64,000 bases of DNA from Eledone cirrhosa (GCA_964016885.1 OZ024740.1:367598001-367662000), one strand, 5' to 3'. Positions 30,033 to 45,388 are shown, numbered from the stretch's first letter. A program made the numbers and translations. The notes: generated by a model not told the origin, from the sequence alone.

Positions 30033-30075
<43 letters not shown>

Positions 30076-30079
30076 ATAT

Positions 30080-31320
30080 TTTCTTTAGGTCGTTTTGGAA
30101 GCCGTAATAAGGCAGAAGGGTAATTCTCCGGGTAACAAGATCCGGTAATGAAGAGAGAGATGTAGAATTAGATGTATAGTGTCTAGAAGAACGTGGGAAA
30201 GAGCGTAAACAATAACAATAATAACACGAGATAGAGTTACCTTGGGAGAGATTTAATTGTTCCTATATATTTCGGATTCACATCCATCAACGCGCCGGGA
30301 GGTGAAACGTGTCCTCCGCTGTTCGTTGTTTTGAATATCTGAGGTATTCAGCAGAGTGCGCCCGTGAAACGGGGTCGGTTAAGTAGACGTCGGCGGCCGA
30401 AATAGTTCTTTTAATTTTGGGAGTGGGGTGGCGTTAGCTGTCAATCCATTGTATTATCCGCCCGTGCTGGTTTCTGTATTAGCAGTGTTGAATAGTGTGT
30501 GCTGGTGGTAGTATTCTGTGCCTGTTTGGTGTATACAACTGTGTGTATGTGCGTATGTTGTTGTCACGCTTGTGTGTGTGTGTGTTGTTGCCTCGTTTGT
30601 CTCTATTAGCAGTGTAGTATATTCGTATGGTGGAATGCTACTGTGTGTGCGTGTGTTGTTGCCTCGTTTGTTTATTTAAACCAACCACCTCATTTCGCTT
30701 CTCTCGGATCGGTTACTTATTTGTGGCCCTAGGCATTTGATCCAAAGTGCTTCCTTGATTCGTAATGTGCCGACGTTTCTTTCCGTCGCTAGAACTGTGA
30801 CAATGGGCCTACCGTCTTTGTTTCCGCATTTGGTTATGTGTTTCTGGAAAGGAAGGCCCAGTTGTTGATGTGCTCCTTGATCCGGATGTGTAGCGCCCCG
30901 ATTGTGCTACCTATATAGTAGTGGTTGCACTTGTTACATTCTACCTTATACACGACGTATACATGTGCGTAGGCAACAGTTCGTATGGCGCATCTGGCAG
31001 TTTATGAGGGAGCACGCGTCATTCGAAATCCCGGGTTTTCTGGAGAGGCTTCTTCGCAGGGTGGGACCAGAGTGGGACAAGTGGATGTCGAGACCCTCCA
31101 TCCGTATAGCGTTGGTGGTATTCTCGCCCAGGTGTGATATATTAAGGAAGCACTTGCCTTGGGCGTTTCTCTGCTTCTTGCGTTTGGTGTCTCTTATTCT
31201 GTTTGTGAGTGAGACAGGGTACCCGTTCGTCACCAGCACTTTGAGGAATCGCTTGGTATGGGTGACATGACTCGCGGGATTGCCGCATCTGTTTTTTTTC
31301 ACGAACGAGATCACGCGAAT
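30080..31320 (-). mobile_element. 5'-truncated PLE (GIY-YIG end + 3' UTR)
   Basis: Minus frame YVVYKVECNKCNHYYIGSTIGALHIRIKEH and VLVTNGYP. Partial HHR 3' half (GGAT gtga ATCC GAAA TATA TA GGAAC) near 30258-30290. Confidence 0.85.
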
Positions 31321-31708
31321 TAAAAACAGATGCAGCGATCAATAACTTTATTGGGATAAAAAGAATTGGGTGGAGAAAGAGAGACAGGTAAACAAACGCG
31401 AATGGTGAAGCAACTTAAAGAGAGGAAAAAAATGAAAAAATCAAGTGAATCATTCATTTGAACATAAGAACTTGCGAATATTGACGAGAAGACGAAAGAC
31501 ACATCTTAACCGTGCGAAAGTAAGCGAGGAAGGTTGTTTAGCTGTCTCTCTTTCTCCACCGAATTCTTTTTATCCAAATAACTTATTTTTGTTATTGTTC
31601 GCGCTAGCCCGAGGTATCTGGTCTTTAATGCGAAGAAATATCTATTATGGCTAGTAGACCACTGATGATCGATAGTCGTGGCTTCTATTTCTAATTCTTA
31701 ATTTAATT

Positions 31709-31792
<84 letters not shown>

Positions 31793-33720
31793 GTGAAAGA
31801 GTGAAGAATAACATGGTCAACAGTACAAAAAGGGTTTTATTTACAGTATTAACAATTGTTTCATTGATTAGGATGAATAAAGGCTGCTAATCACTTGAAG
31901 TTATGTCACTCAACGTTCAATACAGTGTATCCCTATTCAAATCATCGGAATAACTGACAAAATTACAATCGATGTTTGTATTTATACTACGGAGAATTCA
32001 AATAAAAACATCGTTAATAAAGTAAGAAAAACAAAAAGTGAAAGAATATGAAAAAATAATAATAAAGTAGTTATAATGAAGATGATAAAAAATAATAAAA
32101 AAAATATATATATATATACGTGAAAAAAATATGAACATAATATGATTGTTGAAAATGGTGGCGGTGGTGGTGGTGGTGGTTAAAGTTATAGTGTTGTGTA
32201 ACTCTAAAGATGTGATGAGGGTAGGAATATTATTAATATGAAAATAAATATTAAATATATATATATATTGGTTAAATCACATATGGTTAGAGTTGGAAGA
32301 AAGAATATAATGATAAATAACATATAAAAGATAAATTAATAAATTAGAAGTTAGGTTAGAGGTTAGGAGAAACAGGATAGGATAGAAGGGAAGAGGTGAA
32401 ATATCTTTAGGGTCGGAGAGTTGACAGTTAGTAATACGTTGGTATGTAGTTATTATAATAGACTCTGGGTGGTTCAGCCTGAATTATGGGATTGCTGGAT
32501 CGAATCATGTTGGTTTGAAATTTGTGAATTTAGTAGCTGTTTTGTGCCTACAGAAAATTGATGGTCTAGAGCATTCATGGGCAACCTACGGCCCACGAAC
32601 CTTTCTGAATGGCTCGCCTAAGTCACTTAAGTGAAATCTTTCTGATTTTTTTACCCCAACTTTTCAGTCGTAATTTAACTTTCTATCATTTATACAATCG
32701 AGGAAAACAACGTGTACGAATTCTGAAGAAACAAATCAAAACAACCCGAGTTACCACACTTTTTTAACGTGGGCCCGAATGTAAATTAGAGCGTGCGGCC
32801 CGCCTGATGATGTGTCATATCTCATACAGCCCGCTTCTAGAAAATGCCTGGTCTAGAGATTTCTGAAAAGACATAATTATGTATAATTTATGAGCAAAAA
32901 CTGTTTCTGTTATGAATGGTTATATACGTATATAATAATTAACAAGAGTGCATAGAAACACATGTAGGGATGTCTGCCAATTATATTTGCGAATCATCTT
33001 TTACATCGGAGACGAAGTGACATTTGTCATCAACATCATATATTTTAATAATAGTCAAATCATTCCAAGCCATGAGAAAAGCCACTTTTAGTGTCATAAT
33101 TAAAGCATTGTTTCTCTTTGTTACGAAATGTCCTTTTTAGCATAATATAATAAATAATTTAAATATTATTTCAGATAGTCTATTTTGGGTAAAGCATTAC
33201 GTATGGTAATATTGAGTACTATTTAATCTTTAAAAAAGATTGAATAACGAATGCATGTTTACATTTTAAACATAAGATGGTCTTTTGGGATATTTGTACT
33301 TTAAAAAAACTTTAATGTATTTACTAAATCATCTTATGTATAGCAGACGCAGAGTCAAATTAATCTCTTGGCATCAATACACTCTATACTTGCCAGCCAT
33401 GTTGTATTCAGGAATACATTTAATAATACTTCCTTCCTTGATTTTGCGTTTATAGACATAAGAGTGATGTCTTAGATAAATGGCGTTTTAAGCACATTGC
33501 TTATTTCATAAGCATGGTTGAAATGTCAAGTGTCTCTCTTTAAAACCAGTGGGATATCTAATTAGATTAAAACATTTATTTATTCCGGTTGCAATCTTCA
33601 ACGAGGAGACAGAATTCCTGGAAATATAGTAAATTGATTTGACTGGCATTTACTCTTGATATGTTTAATCTCTTATTTCTTGAATGTATTCTAATTTACG
33701 TTCTTCAGATTAAATTTCAA
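31793..33720 (-). mobile_element. Decayed PLE 3' portion with HHR pseudo-LTR, interrupted by a hAT MITE
   Basis: Minus-strand terminal motif FCRHKTATKFTNFKP near 32510-32560. HHR-like motif at 31846-31952 (CCGATGA...GAAA CAATTG TT). Confidence 0.6.
32572..32850. mobile_element. hAT (Charlie-like) MITE
   Basis: Exact 8-bp TSD GTCTAGAG at 32564-32571 and 32851-32858. Degenerate TIRs CATTCATGGGCAAC.. / ..ATGCCTG. Confidence 0.8.
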
Positions 33721-33829
33721 TCGCAAATTACTGGGGTGAATTTACACTAAAATTATATTTCTTTAAATTTGAATTTCTTCTGATTAACTTGAAAAATATT
33801 ATGGATTAAAACGGGTTACAATTGCGTCA

Positions 33830-35045
33830 AAGCGAAACGATGTTCTGAAGGGATGAGATCTGGGCAATAATAAATAAAAAAACAACGACGAACAATGTCA
33901 GTGACCGTTTTAAATTTGTGGCAATATCTTTAACATCGTCATTAATCCTATTATAGGCGTTAGGTTTGGCCTTTTCGCATATATGTGTAATGCTATCGAA
34001 TGTCATATTATCGATTGTCATATTATCGGGTGACATATTTTTCCTTATCCAGTTGATATTATTTTTTGCGGACAGATTCCATAAAATATAAATTGACACA
34101 TTTAGGGCTTAAAATTACCGTTGATAAAAATCTTACTAGTTAAAATTTTCTAGATATGAACTTAGATTTACCAGCAGCTTCATATAAACTATATCATAAG
34201 TCTAACGAAAAATTGATTAATAAAGCCTCATGCTATCCACCAGCTAACTTTAAAAGTGAGTTTCTAACATTAATATTGTGATCTTTTATCTATCAGCAAT
34301 CATGAAGATTCTCGATAAGGCTGCGCCTTACTACAACAAAGCCCTCTTAGATAGTGGTTTTAAGGACAAGATTAGATTCTCGCTCAATCATTCCCAGTCT
34401 AACCAAACTAAAAATAATAATAGAAAAAAAAGGCAATTATCTGGTCTGCACCCCTCCCTTTTCTCTTAACGTAAAGACTACGTAATGGAGTTAAACATGT
34501 TTTAGACTTACTATATATACATTTCCAACACAACATACATACAGAAAAATATTCAATCGTAACGCCGTCAAGATATCCTGTTTAAGTAGACCATCTATGA
34601 GATCAATAATTGCTAAAAAAATATATACCCAACGATAATCCAGCCTGCTTTTGTAGGATTAAAAAACTGCCATATCCAACAGAATTGTAATATAAAATCC
34701 GTTGTGTATGAGGCAGAGATTTCACACAACAACGGAAAATCCCACCGTTGTGAAAGGTACGTCGGTATGTTGTAAGGTAATTTTAAACAAACTTTTTCCA
34801 CGCATTTCCACTCCTTCAGGTATCATGATATGAGAAACTGTACAACTCTGGTGATTAAAGGAGAAAGGTGTTCGACATCAGATAACTCGGTACCAAGAAG
34901 TGTGATCTCTGTCTGAGTGACAAATTTAAGAATAGTACAAGGTTTGTCATCTCCGAATACCATTTACTTTAATTCGAAGAGCGAAATATTTAGAGAATGC
35001 CTCCATCGCAAAATTCTACTGCTTGCTAAGTGGAAATATTCAACC
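33830..35045 (+). pseudogene. Decayed PLE RT/GIY-YIG with an inverted 5' piece
   Basis: DKAAPYYNKALLDSGFKDKI, KSVVYEAEI..YVG and NSKSEIFRECLHRK on plus. Short PLE-like segment at 33830-34090 on minus. Confidence 0.75.
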
Positions 35046-35072
35046 AATTCGACTGATTTTCAATCAATCACC

Positions 35073-35122
<50 letters not shown>

Positions 35123-35504
35123 CCATTATATCGTCTCTTTCTCTTCCTTATTTCACACTCACATAATATAATACACCTTCTATACTACTATACTCGATAC
35201 ATTAATAAATTTACCGCCTCTATAATACATTCCACCACATAATACAATACCTCTCCTACAGTATACGTGGTTGACATCAACATTCATATTTACATCTTGG
35301 AGTTACTTTAATTTATTTTTGACTTTATCTTTCGTAAACATGCTTTCTTAGCAAAATGTACTTTTAACGGTTTCTTATAAACTCGTATTAACGCCTGAAA
35401 AAAGAGTACTGTTTTGATACATATTGTTTTCTGGATGTATGTTCAAATTTGAAACATGAAACTTTGGGTGGCGCTTTTGATCCGTGTATTAACGTGATTA
35501 AATA

Positions 35505-35692
35505 ATTGCTTCTACTATTGGCACAAGGCCAGCAATTATCCTATTGCATTACTGGTACTTTATTTCATCGACCCTGTAAGGATGAAAGGCAAAGTTAACC
35601 TCGGCGGGATTTGAACTCGGAATGGCAAGGCGGTAACTCTATGCGTCAAAGCATGGCTTCCAACCCCTCTACCGATACTGCCAATTCACCGT
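35505..35692 (-). mobile_element. tRNA-derived SINE (octopus-type)
   Basis: A box TGGCAGTATCGG, B box GAGTTCAAATCC, core ACTTTGCCTTTCATCC, tail GGCCTTGTGCC. Confidence 0.85.
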
Positions 35693-35895
35693 GAATAAAT
35701 AATACACACACACTCTCTCACACACACACATACACACACACACACACACATACACACATACACCCACTTACACACACATGCACACACGCACATATATATA
35801 TATTCAAATCATCATATGACGTAAATACCGACAATTTTTGTTCTGGACTGCGAACTAGAACACACGCACACACACACATTACCCTCTCAAAGAAA

Positions 35896-36927
<1,032 letters not shown>

Positions 36928-37789
36928 ATGTGTGTGTGCGTGTGTGGCTATGTATACTCACACACATACGTTGCAAACAGTAGTTATGAATAGCAGCATA
37001 CAACATATATATATTGAGGTATCTTCTTCTTCTTCTTCTTCTTCTTCTTCTTCTTCTTCTTCTTCTTCTTCTTCCTCTGTGACTTATTTCTGCTGATGGA
37101 GGTTACCCAAACAACTTGCCTACGGTTTACCTCTGTGTATTAAACCAGTAAAATACACAGCGATTACTTGAATAACGATAGCTACTGATAGAAAGACAAA
37201 CGGAGAGGGATGGAAAGGAGAAGGAGACAGAGAATTGTTGTTCTCAAGAATGGTATTCATATTGTTTTCCAAATTAAATAATTTTAGTTTAAATTTAAAA
37301 TTGATTGACCTTGTTCTTTTTATGTTGTTTCAGTGTATAACGTCCCATAAATATTTCTTGTGTAATAATACAACAGACGGCTGTCTTAAATCAAATGTAA
37401 TGCTTATTCATATTAGATTATAACATTCATTATTCCAGTGTTTTTTTTTATAATTGAAATTTCAATTCGAGACAATACAATTAAAATATCTGCAACTTTA
37501 ATACATACATTAATATTTTTATTTACATAATTGGCAATGAAGATGAAATGGCAGAGCAATTCTAGCGGATAGCAATACGGCTCTCGTGAATGAAGGTTAG
37601 TTATGATATAAGCTTGTTTCTGTCGGATAAGCAGCAAAATGTACAGACAGAAACATCGTATTTCACGTGGAATAACAAGAGACACGTTCAGGCCTTAGGT
37701 AGCGGCCCTGTTAGAAACATATATTGCAGTCTTCTCCCAACGCTGAAAGAAATAGCAATAGGCCTGCAGCCTGAGATGGAAGCACAACA

Positions 37790-39330
37790 GCTTCCTATCT
37801 CAAGACACCAGAAGGGAGAAACAACCAGTTGGTACTTGGAACGTTACAGCCCTCACAGGCAAGGAGGAGGACTAGTAGAGAATGCTAGACTATACCAGCT
37901 AGATATCGTCGGGGTTTCCTAGACAAACCTCGGCGACTCAGGTACTGTCCTTTTGGATGGTGGATGGTATCGTCACTATCCAAGTATGACGCTAGAAAAG
38001 ACTGCAGAGGTGTGAATATTGATACTCATAAGCCACTGGCTGTCAGAATTGGATACATACTGGATTCTACTGGGAGGGAGGATTTTCCACCTCAAGGCTG
38101 AAAGAAAGGTCTCTGAAGGTGGTGTTTGTTTAAGCAACAAAGAGCTCCAATTCGACCTAACAAAGGAGAAAGCGTTAACAAATAAGTAGGTCATGAACAG
38201 GTTTGTGGATTCATTTGCATACAAATTCAGAGCAAGAACTCAGCAATTTGAGGATGTTGAAATGGAGTGAAGGCTGTTCTACTATAGAGTTTATGCCATG
38301 CTAATAAATGCTACGGTCGGAAGCCTCTTGAGCGTTGCCGGGTGGCAGGAAATACCCTTGCTTCAATCAAGTTATCAAAAATGCCATCTGTGCAAGAAAA
38401 GAGGCTTACAAAGGTTGGATTGGAAAAACATTCTCCTTTTATTTACGATAAAAGCAGACACAAAATAGCTGCAGAGACTGTAAAGGCCTCCAAAGTAAAG
38501 ACATGGGAGAACTTCAGTGTGAATCCGACTGAAAGTCAGAAAATACAATTTTCTGGAAGCCCATCTTCCGATTTCGCATTAAGAAGTCCTCCACGCCGGC
38601 TATCAGGAATGCAACTGGAATTCTCCTCTCTTTAGAGAATTTCACCCACGTATGGCGTAGAGTTATTTTGCTGATCACAACAGCATCTTCTGATGCACAA
38701 GGGTTGCATCTGAGAGCTCAATTGTACCATGGTGCCTGGGGAGGATGGAATTCGGTCCGAGATGTTAAAAGCCCTCAATAGTGAAGGTACTCTATGGCTG
38801 ATTAATGTGTTACAGGAGATCTGGATCTATGGAAAGGTATGCAAGCAATGTCAATTGGGTGGAATAATCTCAATCTTCAAAAAGGAAGACAAGAGAGATA
38901 ATAAAGGAATCTTGTTAGGCTTCCCTGGTAAAGTCTGTTTTAGTGCCTGTTAAAGAGATATAGGGATATTGTTGGGCCCAGGTTAGTTGACGCACAGTGC
39001 AGTTTTCACCCGGACGCAACATAGCTGACTAAATATTGATACTCGGAAAGTCCTTAAAACATTATGGGAGAATTTCCATCAGGTGTATTCTTGTTTCATA
39101 GACATTGAAAAGGCATATGACCTGGTCACAAGTGAATCGCTGTATAATCTTCTGCAGAGGTATGTTGGCGATAGTGACCCTCTTGTTGCCTTGATGTTGT
39201 TGTCTCTATCAGTATGTACCTGCCCTAGTATTTGTTTTCGAATAAATGTATCTATGTCGAGATCAATCAATATGGATGAGGAACTCCCCGAGGGTGTATA
39301 TTGTCACCTCCTGTTCAGACATTTTCCCGT
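37790..39330 (+). pseudogene. Decayed RTE-clade (Rex3/Expander-like) LINE: APE endonuclease + RT
   Basis: GTWNVTALTGKEE, LYQLDIVGVS, SGTVLLDGGW, PGEDGIRSEMLKAL, ISIFKKEDK, CFIDIEKAYDLV. Many stops and frameshifts. Confidence 0.85.
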
Positions 39331-40326
39331 TGAAAAATGATTTAGACTCTTTTGAATATTTTGATTTCGACGAAAGGGGAAAGGTGGAAAGTTATTTTGA
39401 AACATACGTAAAATGGCAGTCGTTTCCACAATTGTCTAACTCTATGTTTTATATAGACATTAAATCTCGGATACTTCTGCACTTCCGGCTAAATTAAATT
39501 AAGGCTGGATGTGCAAAATATTATTTTTTCTTTCAAAAAATGATCGGCGCATTCGGGATTTCATTGCCTAGCATTTGTTATTCTTTGAGATTACACAAGC
39601 ACCTATTAAATAGAGAATATCGGCGGCTAATCCTAAAGCACATTTCATATTTAGATTTGAGAAATCACTCAAATATCATATATTGCAATATATTATGCCA
39701 TATAATCGTATAATTTAAAATGATCGCATTATTGTTCCCACGAAAAGCCGTTAACAATAAATCTAATGACCAAAATAATTTACCAATTTTTGTTTTTTAC
39801 ACAGCCACACCGTATGATTTTTATTTGTCATGTACAATGTCGGTAGCATTATTAACGGATTTTGACTGATTCTAATTCAATCTAACATGGTGGGATTTAA
39901 AGCCAATAAGGACCGATTTAATAATATTGCAAACGCTATAATAAATTGTAAATCTTCCTTTAGATATTTTTCTAAATATTTATAGTGAATCGTGTAATAT
40001 CATGTCTATATGCTTTCTTTTATGTATTAAGAGAAAGAGCCATTCGTATATAGCCAGAATACATCATTTAATGATTTTCGTTTTTCCAGGACATTCTAAG
40101 TGTAAGTAAAGTAAAATAATGCAAACGCGAAATCGAAACTAACTCGAGGGATTAAATCGTTTGGAAAATAATTTCTTTTACTATCATAGTATCAAAATAG
40201 TTAATGCACACGCCCCCCCCCCCCAGACACACACACGCACACACACGCACACACACACACATATATGTATATATACAGAAAAATAACGATTGTCTAACAT
40301 ACGTAAATACAAACAAATATATAGAC

Positions 40327-40381
<55 letters not shown>

Positions 40382-40451
40382 ATCAAGGTTTAGCAAATAA
40401 TGAAAAAGTTTCAAAATGAATTTTAAAAAATTGACTTTACCTACTATAGTT

Positions 40452-40534
40452 ACCTTTACCGATCGGTTTCGAATATCAAAAATAAACGGAGATCATACGG
40501 CCTTTGTTGCAAAGAAAGATTCTCGTCAGAAGGT
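40452..40534 (-). ncRNA. Type-I hammerhead ribozyme
   Basis: Minus strand: ACCTT-CTGACGA-GAAT...ATTC-GAAA-CC GATC GG-TA-AAGGT. Confidence 0.88.
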
Positions 40535-40934
40535 TCTTTTCATTCGAAGAATATAAAATTCTTGAATTTAAATTACGAACTAGCGCTATCCAAAACTGTT
40601 CCCGAGATGAGAGTGAATGAAGTGGATTCAATTTTTTCAAGGGCCGAAGTAAAGATAGAGGCAAAGGGAGGTAGGTCAAATCGGCCGCCACTACCACTAG
40701 CAGCAGTCGGAACGACCAAATTTTTTCTCAACATAGAGGAGGATAGTAATAATAGGATATGTGTTCCTTCACGCACAAGGCGCCAAGGGACGCATGTATT
40801 GTCCAACCAAATGGCAATGTGGTTCAATGGCAGGTTAATAAATTAACGAGCCAGAACATATATAATCAAGGTTTAGCAAATAATGAAAAAGTTTCAAAAT
40901 AAATTTAAAAAAATTGACTTTACCTACTATAGTT

Positions 40935-41017
40935 ACCTTTACCGATCGGTTTCGAATCTCAAAAATAAACGGAGACCATACGGCCTTCGTTGCAAAGAAA
41001 TATTCTCGTCAGAAGGT
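40935..41017 (-). ncRNA. Type-I hammerhead ribozyme (second copy)
   Basis: Same core and stems as 40452-40534. Differences are confined to loop II. Confidence 0.88.
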
Positions 41018-41030
41018 TCTTTTCATTCGA

Positions 41031-41146
<116 letters not shown>

Positions 41147-42579
41147 CAAGTTAATATAAATTAATATATGATAAACACATAAGTATTGTAAATGACCAAG
41201 TTAGCTAGATTGAAAAATACTAATTAAATTAATACAGCTTGCCTGTCTCGATTTAAAATAATAAATCAATAAAAATAAACCCATATTGGTTATAACCATG
41301 ATACCTGGACAAATTTAAATTTCAAAACAAACATTTACAATACACACACTTATGTGTTTATCATATATTAATTTATATTAACTTGTATTTCACGGCTCAG
41401 AAATGCTTCTTTCTTTGAGCTAATTAATTGTAAAGGACTGTTTGAGTTTATAACTCTAAATATAATATATTATATATATATATAGATAGATAGATAGATA
41501 TTCTATATTCTCATACATATATGCTGGTCTTCAGTGAAAGGAAATAGATAAATAGAGGTACTGAGGGGTATATACGTTTTTACATTTTTTTTCATCATTA
41601 TTTAATCTTAGATGAATATCATTTCCCTCTGCAACTTATTACCGCAATAACATTGATAGGGCTGGTTCAATCATTGTGGCAGCTGGAGAAATTGACAATG
41701 AGGGGAAGACATAATACATTGAAATAGTTTTCTTTTAGTTTTGCCGGTGACATTTCTGATCATTTTTATCAACTTTTGTGAGAATTACATGACAATAAAC
41801 ACAGAAAGAAACAGTTAATAGTTGAACAATTAAGGGCTTCAGCCAGTAAAAAGTATCCAGTAAGAAATTATCCATCCATTGGTCTAACGAATTCAAATTT
41901 TCCAGAAAAAACAATGTCAAGTACCGCAGTTCATATTTTTGAGATGACAATATTTATAGGAACATAACAGTGTTTATTTCACAATAACTCTATTTTATCT
42001 TCTTTTTCGTATAGTATAAGATGATGCAATATCATTCTAAAGTCGCATCGTATTTCCAAGGGTGTTTGAAAAAACACATACATCATTTTAACATACACAC
42101 AGATGCAAAAACTCACTCAAACACACACATACACAGATATTGTAATCAGTTGATTCTAATGCGTAATACCAAGGTTGCTAGGAGTTTTATGCATGAAATG
42201 AAATCAATCAGATATTGAACAGTTTTGTGACGTTGAAATTCATATACGAATGAGATATAGCTTTATATTTATTGTAATATTCAGATTAAGACTTATCATA
42301 CATTGACATATATTTTCAGAGTATCTAGTTATTCGGGTATTTTGATTGCTTTGAATTGCTTTCTAAAAGAAAATATTGCTGTGAAACTATGAATTATGTG
42401 ACTGATGATTGTTATGTAAAGATGATTATGTTTTACTGTATATTACGACGTTTTGCTCGTATATTTTTAGTGCACCTTTCTTTTTATATTGAAATATATC
42501 TTGATATTAATATACTATATATTACAGCAGTCAATATGATATAATTTACTATAATATACTACACTTTAATATATTATAA

Positions 42580-42880
42580 AATAATTGTTTCTACTTTAGG
42601 CACAAGGCCAGCAATTACCCAGTACATTACTGGTACTTTATTTTATCGACCCCGTAAGGATGAAAGGCAAAGTTAACCTCGGCGGGATTTGAACTCAGAC
42701 TGTAAAGGGACGTAACTATGCTAGAAAACATGGCGTCCAACGATACGGCCAAATCACCGCCAATATATTATAAAATAATTGTTTCTACGTTTGGCACAAG
42801 GCCAGCAAATATCCAGTACATTACTGGTACATTATTTTATCGACCCCGTAAGGATGAAAGGCAAAGTTAACCTCGGCGGG
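42580..42880 (-). mobile_element. Two tandem SINE copies (second one 5'-truncated)
   Basis: Same consensus as 35505-35692. Confidence 0.85.
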
Positions 42881-42945
42881 AATAATATAATATAACATGA
42901 TACAATATAATATAATATAATATAACATAACATTTTAAATTACAG

Positions 42946-42988
<43 letters not shown>

Positions 42989-43235
42989 GTGTTCGCGCGC
43001 ACGTGTGTGTGTGTTTTTGCGTGTGTTTGTGTGATTGCGTGTGTTTGTGTGTGTGTGTGAGTGTGCTTGTATTTGCGCTTCCCAGTATGCCAGATTGTTA
43101 ATGTCATTTACATAAAAATTGCAATGTAAACGAATATTCTAACGCTGTTACTGTTTCCAATCTATTTCCTCTTAACTTATATTCCCTTGTTTTATCATAT
43201 TTCATTGCATTATTTTGTATCATTATTTTGTATAA

Positions 43236-43425
43236 GGGCGGTGGATTTGCAGTATCAGTAGTGGGTCGGACGCCATGCTTTCCAGCACAGTTACGTCCCT
43301 TTACGATCTGAATTCAAATCCCGCCGAGGTTGACTTTGCCTTTCATCCTTAAGGGGTCGATAAAATAAAGTACCAGTAATGCACTGGGTAATTGCTGGCC
43401 TTGTGCCTAAAGTAGAGACAATTAT
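43236..43425 (+). mobile_element. tRNA-derived SINE
   Basis: GGGCGGTGGATTTGCAGTATC..GAATTCAAATCCCGCCGAGG..GGCCTTGTGCC. Confidence 0.85.
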
Positions 43426-44888
43426 TTTGTATTATTCAGGCCTACGGGAATACTCAAATGAATTAAATATATCTCATTGGAATCTTCGAAAAAAGTTTCA
43501 GAAAATTCATTTGGGCAAATCATTTTGAGACGCATGGATTCTTCCTTTCTTTACGTTTGACATTGTAATTATATATGAATGTTGGTCGTATATTCTAAGG
43601 TGAAATATATTTGCAAACGTAGTGTTGTTGTAATAAACTAAGAGAACATTCGATTTTAGGAGTTTTCTGGAATGTCAAACAAAGATAACTAAAATCTATA
43701 AAGCAACACGCTTCTGATTTGCCTGATAGTAAAATATCGGAATATCTGAACAGGATTACTGGAATATATGACACCGTTAGTGATGAAGCTGATAAAAGAT
43801 ATCAGTGCAAAACAGCTCAACGGAATTCAATAGCTTTTCAATTATAAAGCAGATGAAAATAACTGATTAGTGATGCTGGCAAATTCACACGAAGGGAGAA
43901 ATAAGGGTCAAGGGAAAGATAAAAGTGCGTTTGAGAGAAACAGAGATAAACAAGCACAGAAATTTGTGTACGTATGAATATATATATATATATAAATGTG
44001 TGTGTGTGTGTGTGTGTGTCCGTGTAAATATATGTCTGTATACACATGTGTACATATAGCTATCCATCGTAACACAGACACACAAACAGGCACACACACA
44101 TGCACACACGCACACACATATTTATATGTGGTGTCTGTATGTGTGTAAGGAATGAACGGGGGTGGATGTTAGAACAGGAAGAGCCCCAGACAGACAAGAC
44201 AGGTAAATAAGGCAATAGACAAGATGGGAATAATAGCTCAGGTGAAACTGAGAAGATAAGGTGGAATTCAGAAAAAAACTAATTGTAAAAAATTCGATAT
44301 AGAAGAACATGTTTGACAGAGATTTAACTAAAAAAGATATTAAAATAAAAAGGAATAAAATATTATATATGTAGAGTTAAAATATTATATATCACACAAA
44401 TATATATATAATTGCAATTACATAAACTGTGAAAATGTTTGAGAAATATGTATTGGGTAGGTTATTTGGGGAACTAAACGTGCGGAAAACAGAATGACAA
44501 AATTAAAACGCTAAGACAGAAAATGGAGGAGAAACTATATTTAATGTAAACGAAATAAGAAGAGGAGAGAAAAGATAAATGTTGGTAATCACAGAAAATG
44601 TCATAATACAGAATACACATATATATATATATATAAACGGAAAAAATGAAACGAAATTTCATTTCTCACACTTAGTACGGCTAAATATGTATACGTACAT
44701 ACACATATGTATACAGACGCACATTAGTATGTATATATAAATACATACATGCACACATATATATATGTACGTATGGATTCACCGAATATTTATTATAATG
44801 CTCGGTGTGTTTGTAAACAAACATCCCGAATTAAGCCGTACAGTGTCTAGCAACTATCGTTGCTCATTTGTTCAACCCTGACAAAGGA

Positions 44889-44931
44889 ACGCTGTACTAG
44901 TTTCAAGCTTATTAGCTATCGTCAGCAACGT
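44889..44931 (-). ncRNA. Minimal type-I hammerhead ribozyme
   Basis: Minus strand: ACGTTG-CTGACGA-tAGCT aata AGCTt-GAAA-CTAG-TA-CAGCGT. Confidence 0.85.
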
Positions 44932-45345
44932 ATACCTTCCTTCCATATGGTTGAACGTCTGAAAGTATATACTTTCCTTATGCATATTAACGGCTGAGCA
45001 GCCTAATTTGCATATCGAGTGAGTTAATCGGCGGGGGTACCAAATACGATAAACGAAAAAAAAAATGAAACGAAATTTCATTTCTCACATGTGTGCATGT
45101 ATGTATATATATATACATACTACTGTGCGTCTGTATACATATGTGTATGTACGTATATATACTTATATTTAAGTAACAGCCGTACTAAGTGTGAGAAATG
45201 AAATTTCGTTTCATTTCTTTCCGTTTATCGTCTTCGGTACCCCGGCCGATTAACTCACTCGATATGCAAATTAGGCTGCTCAGCCATTAATATGCATAAG
45301 GAAAGTATATACTTTCAGACGCTCAATCATCTGGCAGGAAGGTAT

Positions 45346-45388
45346 ACGTTGCTGACGATAGCTAATAAGCTTGAAACTAGTGCAGCGT
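45346..45388 (+). ncRNA. Minimal hammerhead motif with G at the cleavage position (probably inactive)
   Basis: ACGTTG-CTGACGA-tagctaataagctt-GAAA-CTAG-TG-CAGCGT. Confidence 0.7.

Larger units (their letters stand above)
25633..30035 (+). mobile_element. Full-length Penelope-like element: inverted partial pLTR + pLTR + RT/GIY-YIG ORF + 1.4 kb 3' UTR + pLTR
   Basis: 25633-25808 is inverted relative to 25938-26112. The pLTR at 25810-26020 is repeated at 29820-30035. HHR in both direct pLTRs. (TA)n flanks. Confidence 0.95.

Noticed and set aside
35505-35692. tRNA gene calls at A/B-box sequences
   Set aside because: The boxes belong to a multi-copy SINE with extended spacing and a fixed 3' body. 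No cloverleaf.
40562-40846. Overlapping 84-94 aa ORFs inside the 483-nt element as a possible encoded protein
   Set aside because: Non-ATG starts, no motif and no second copy to test conservation. Treated as chance.
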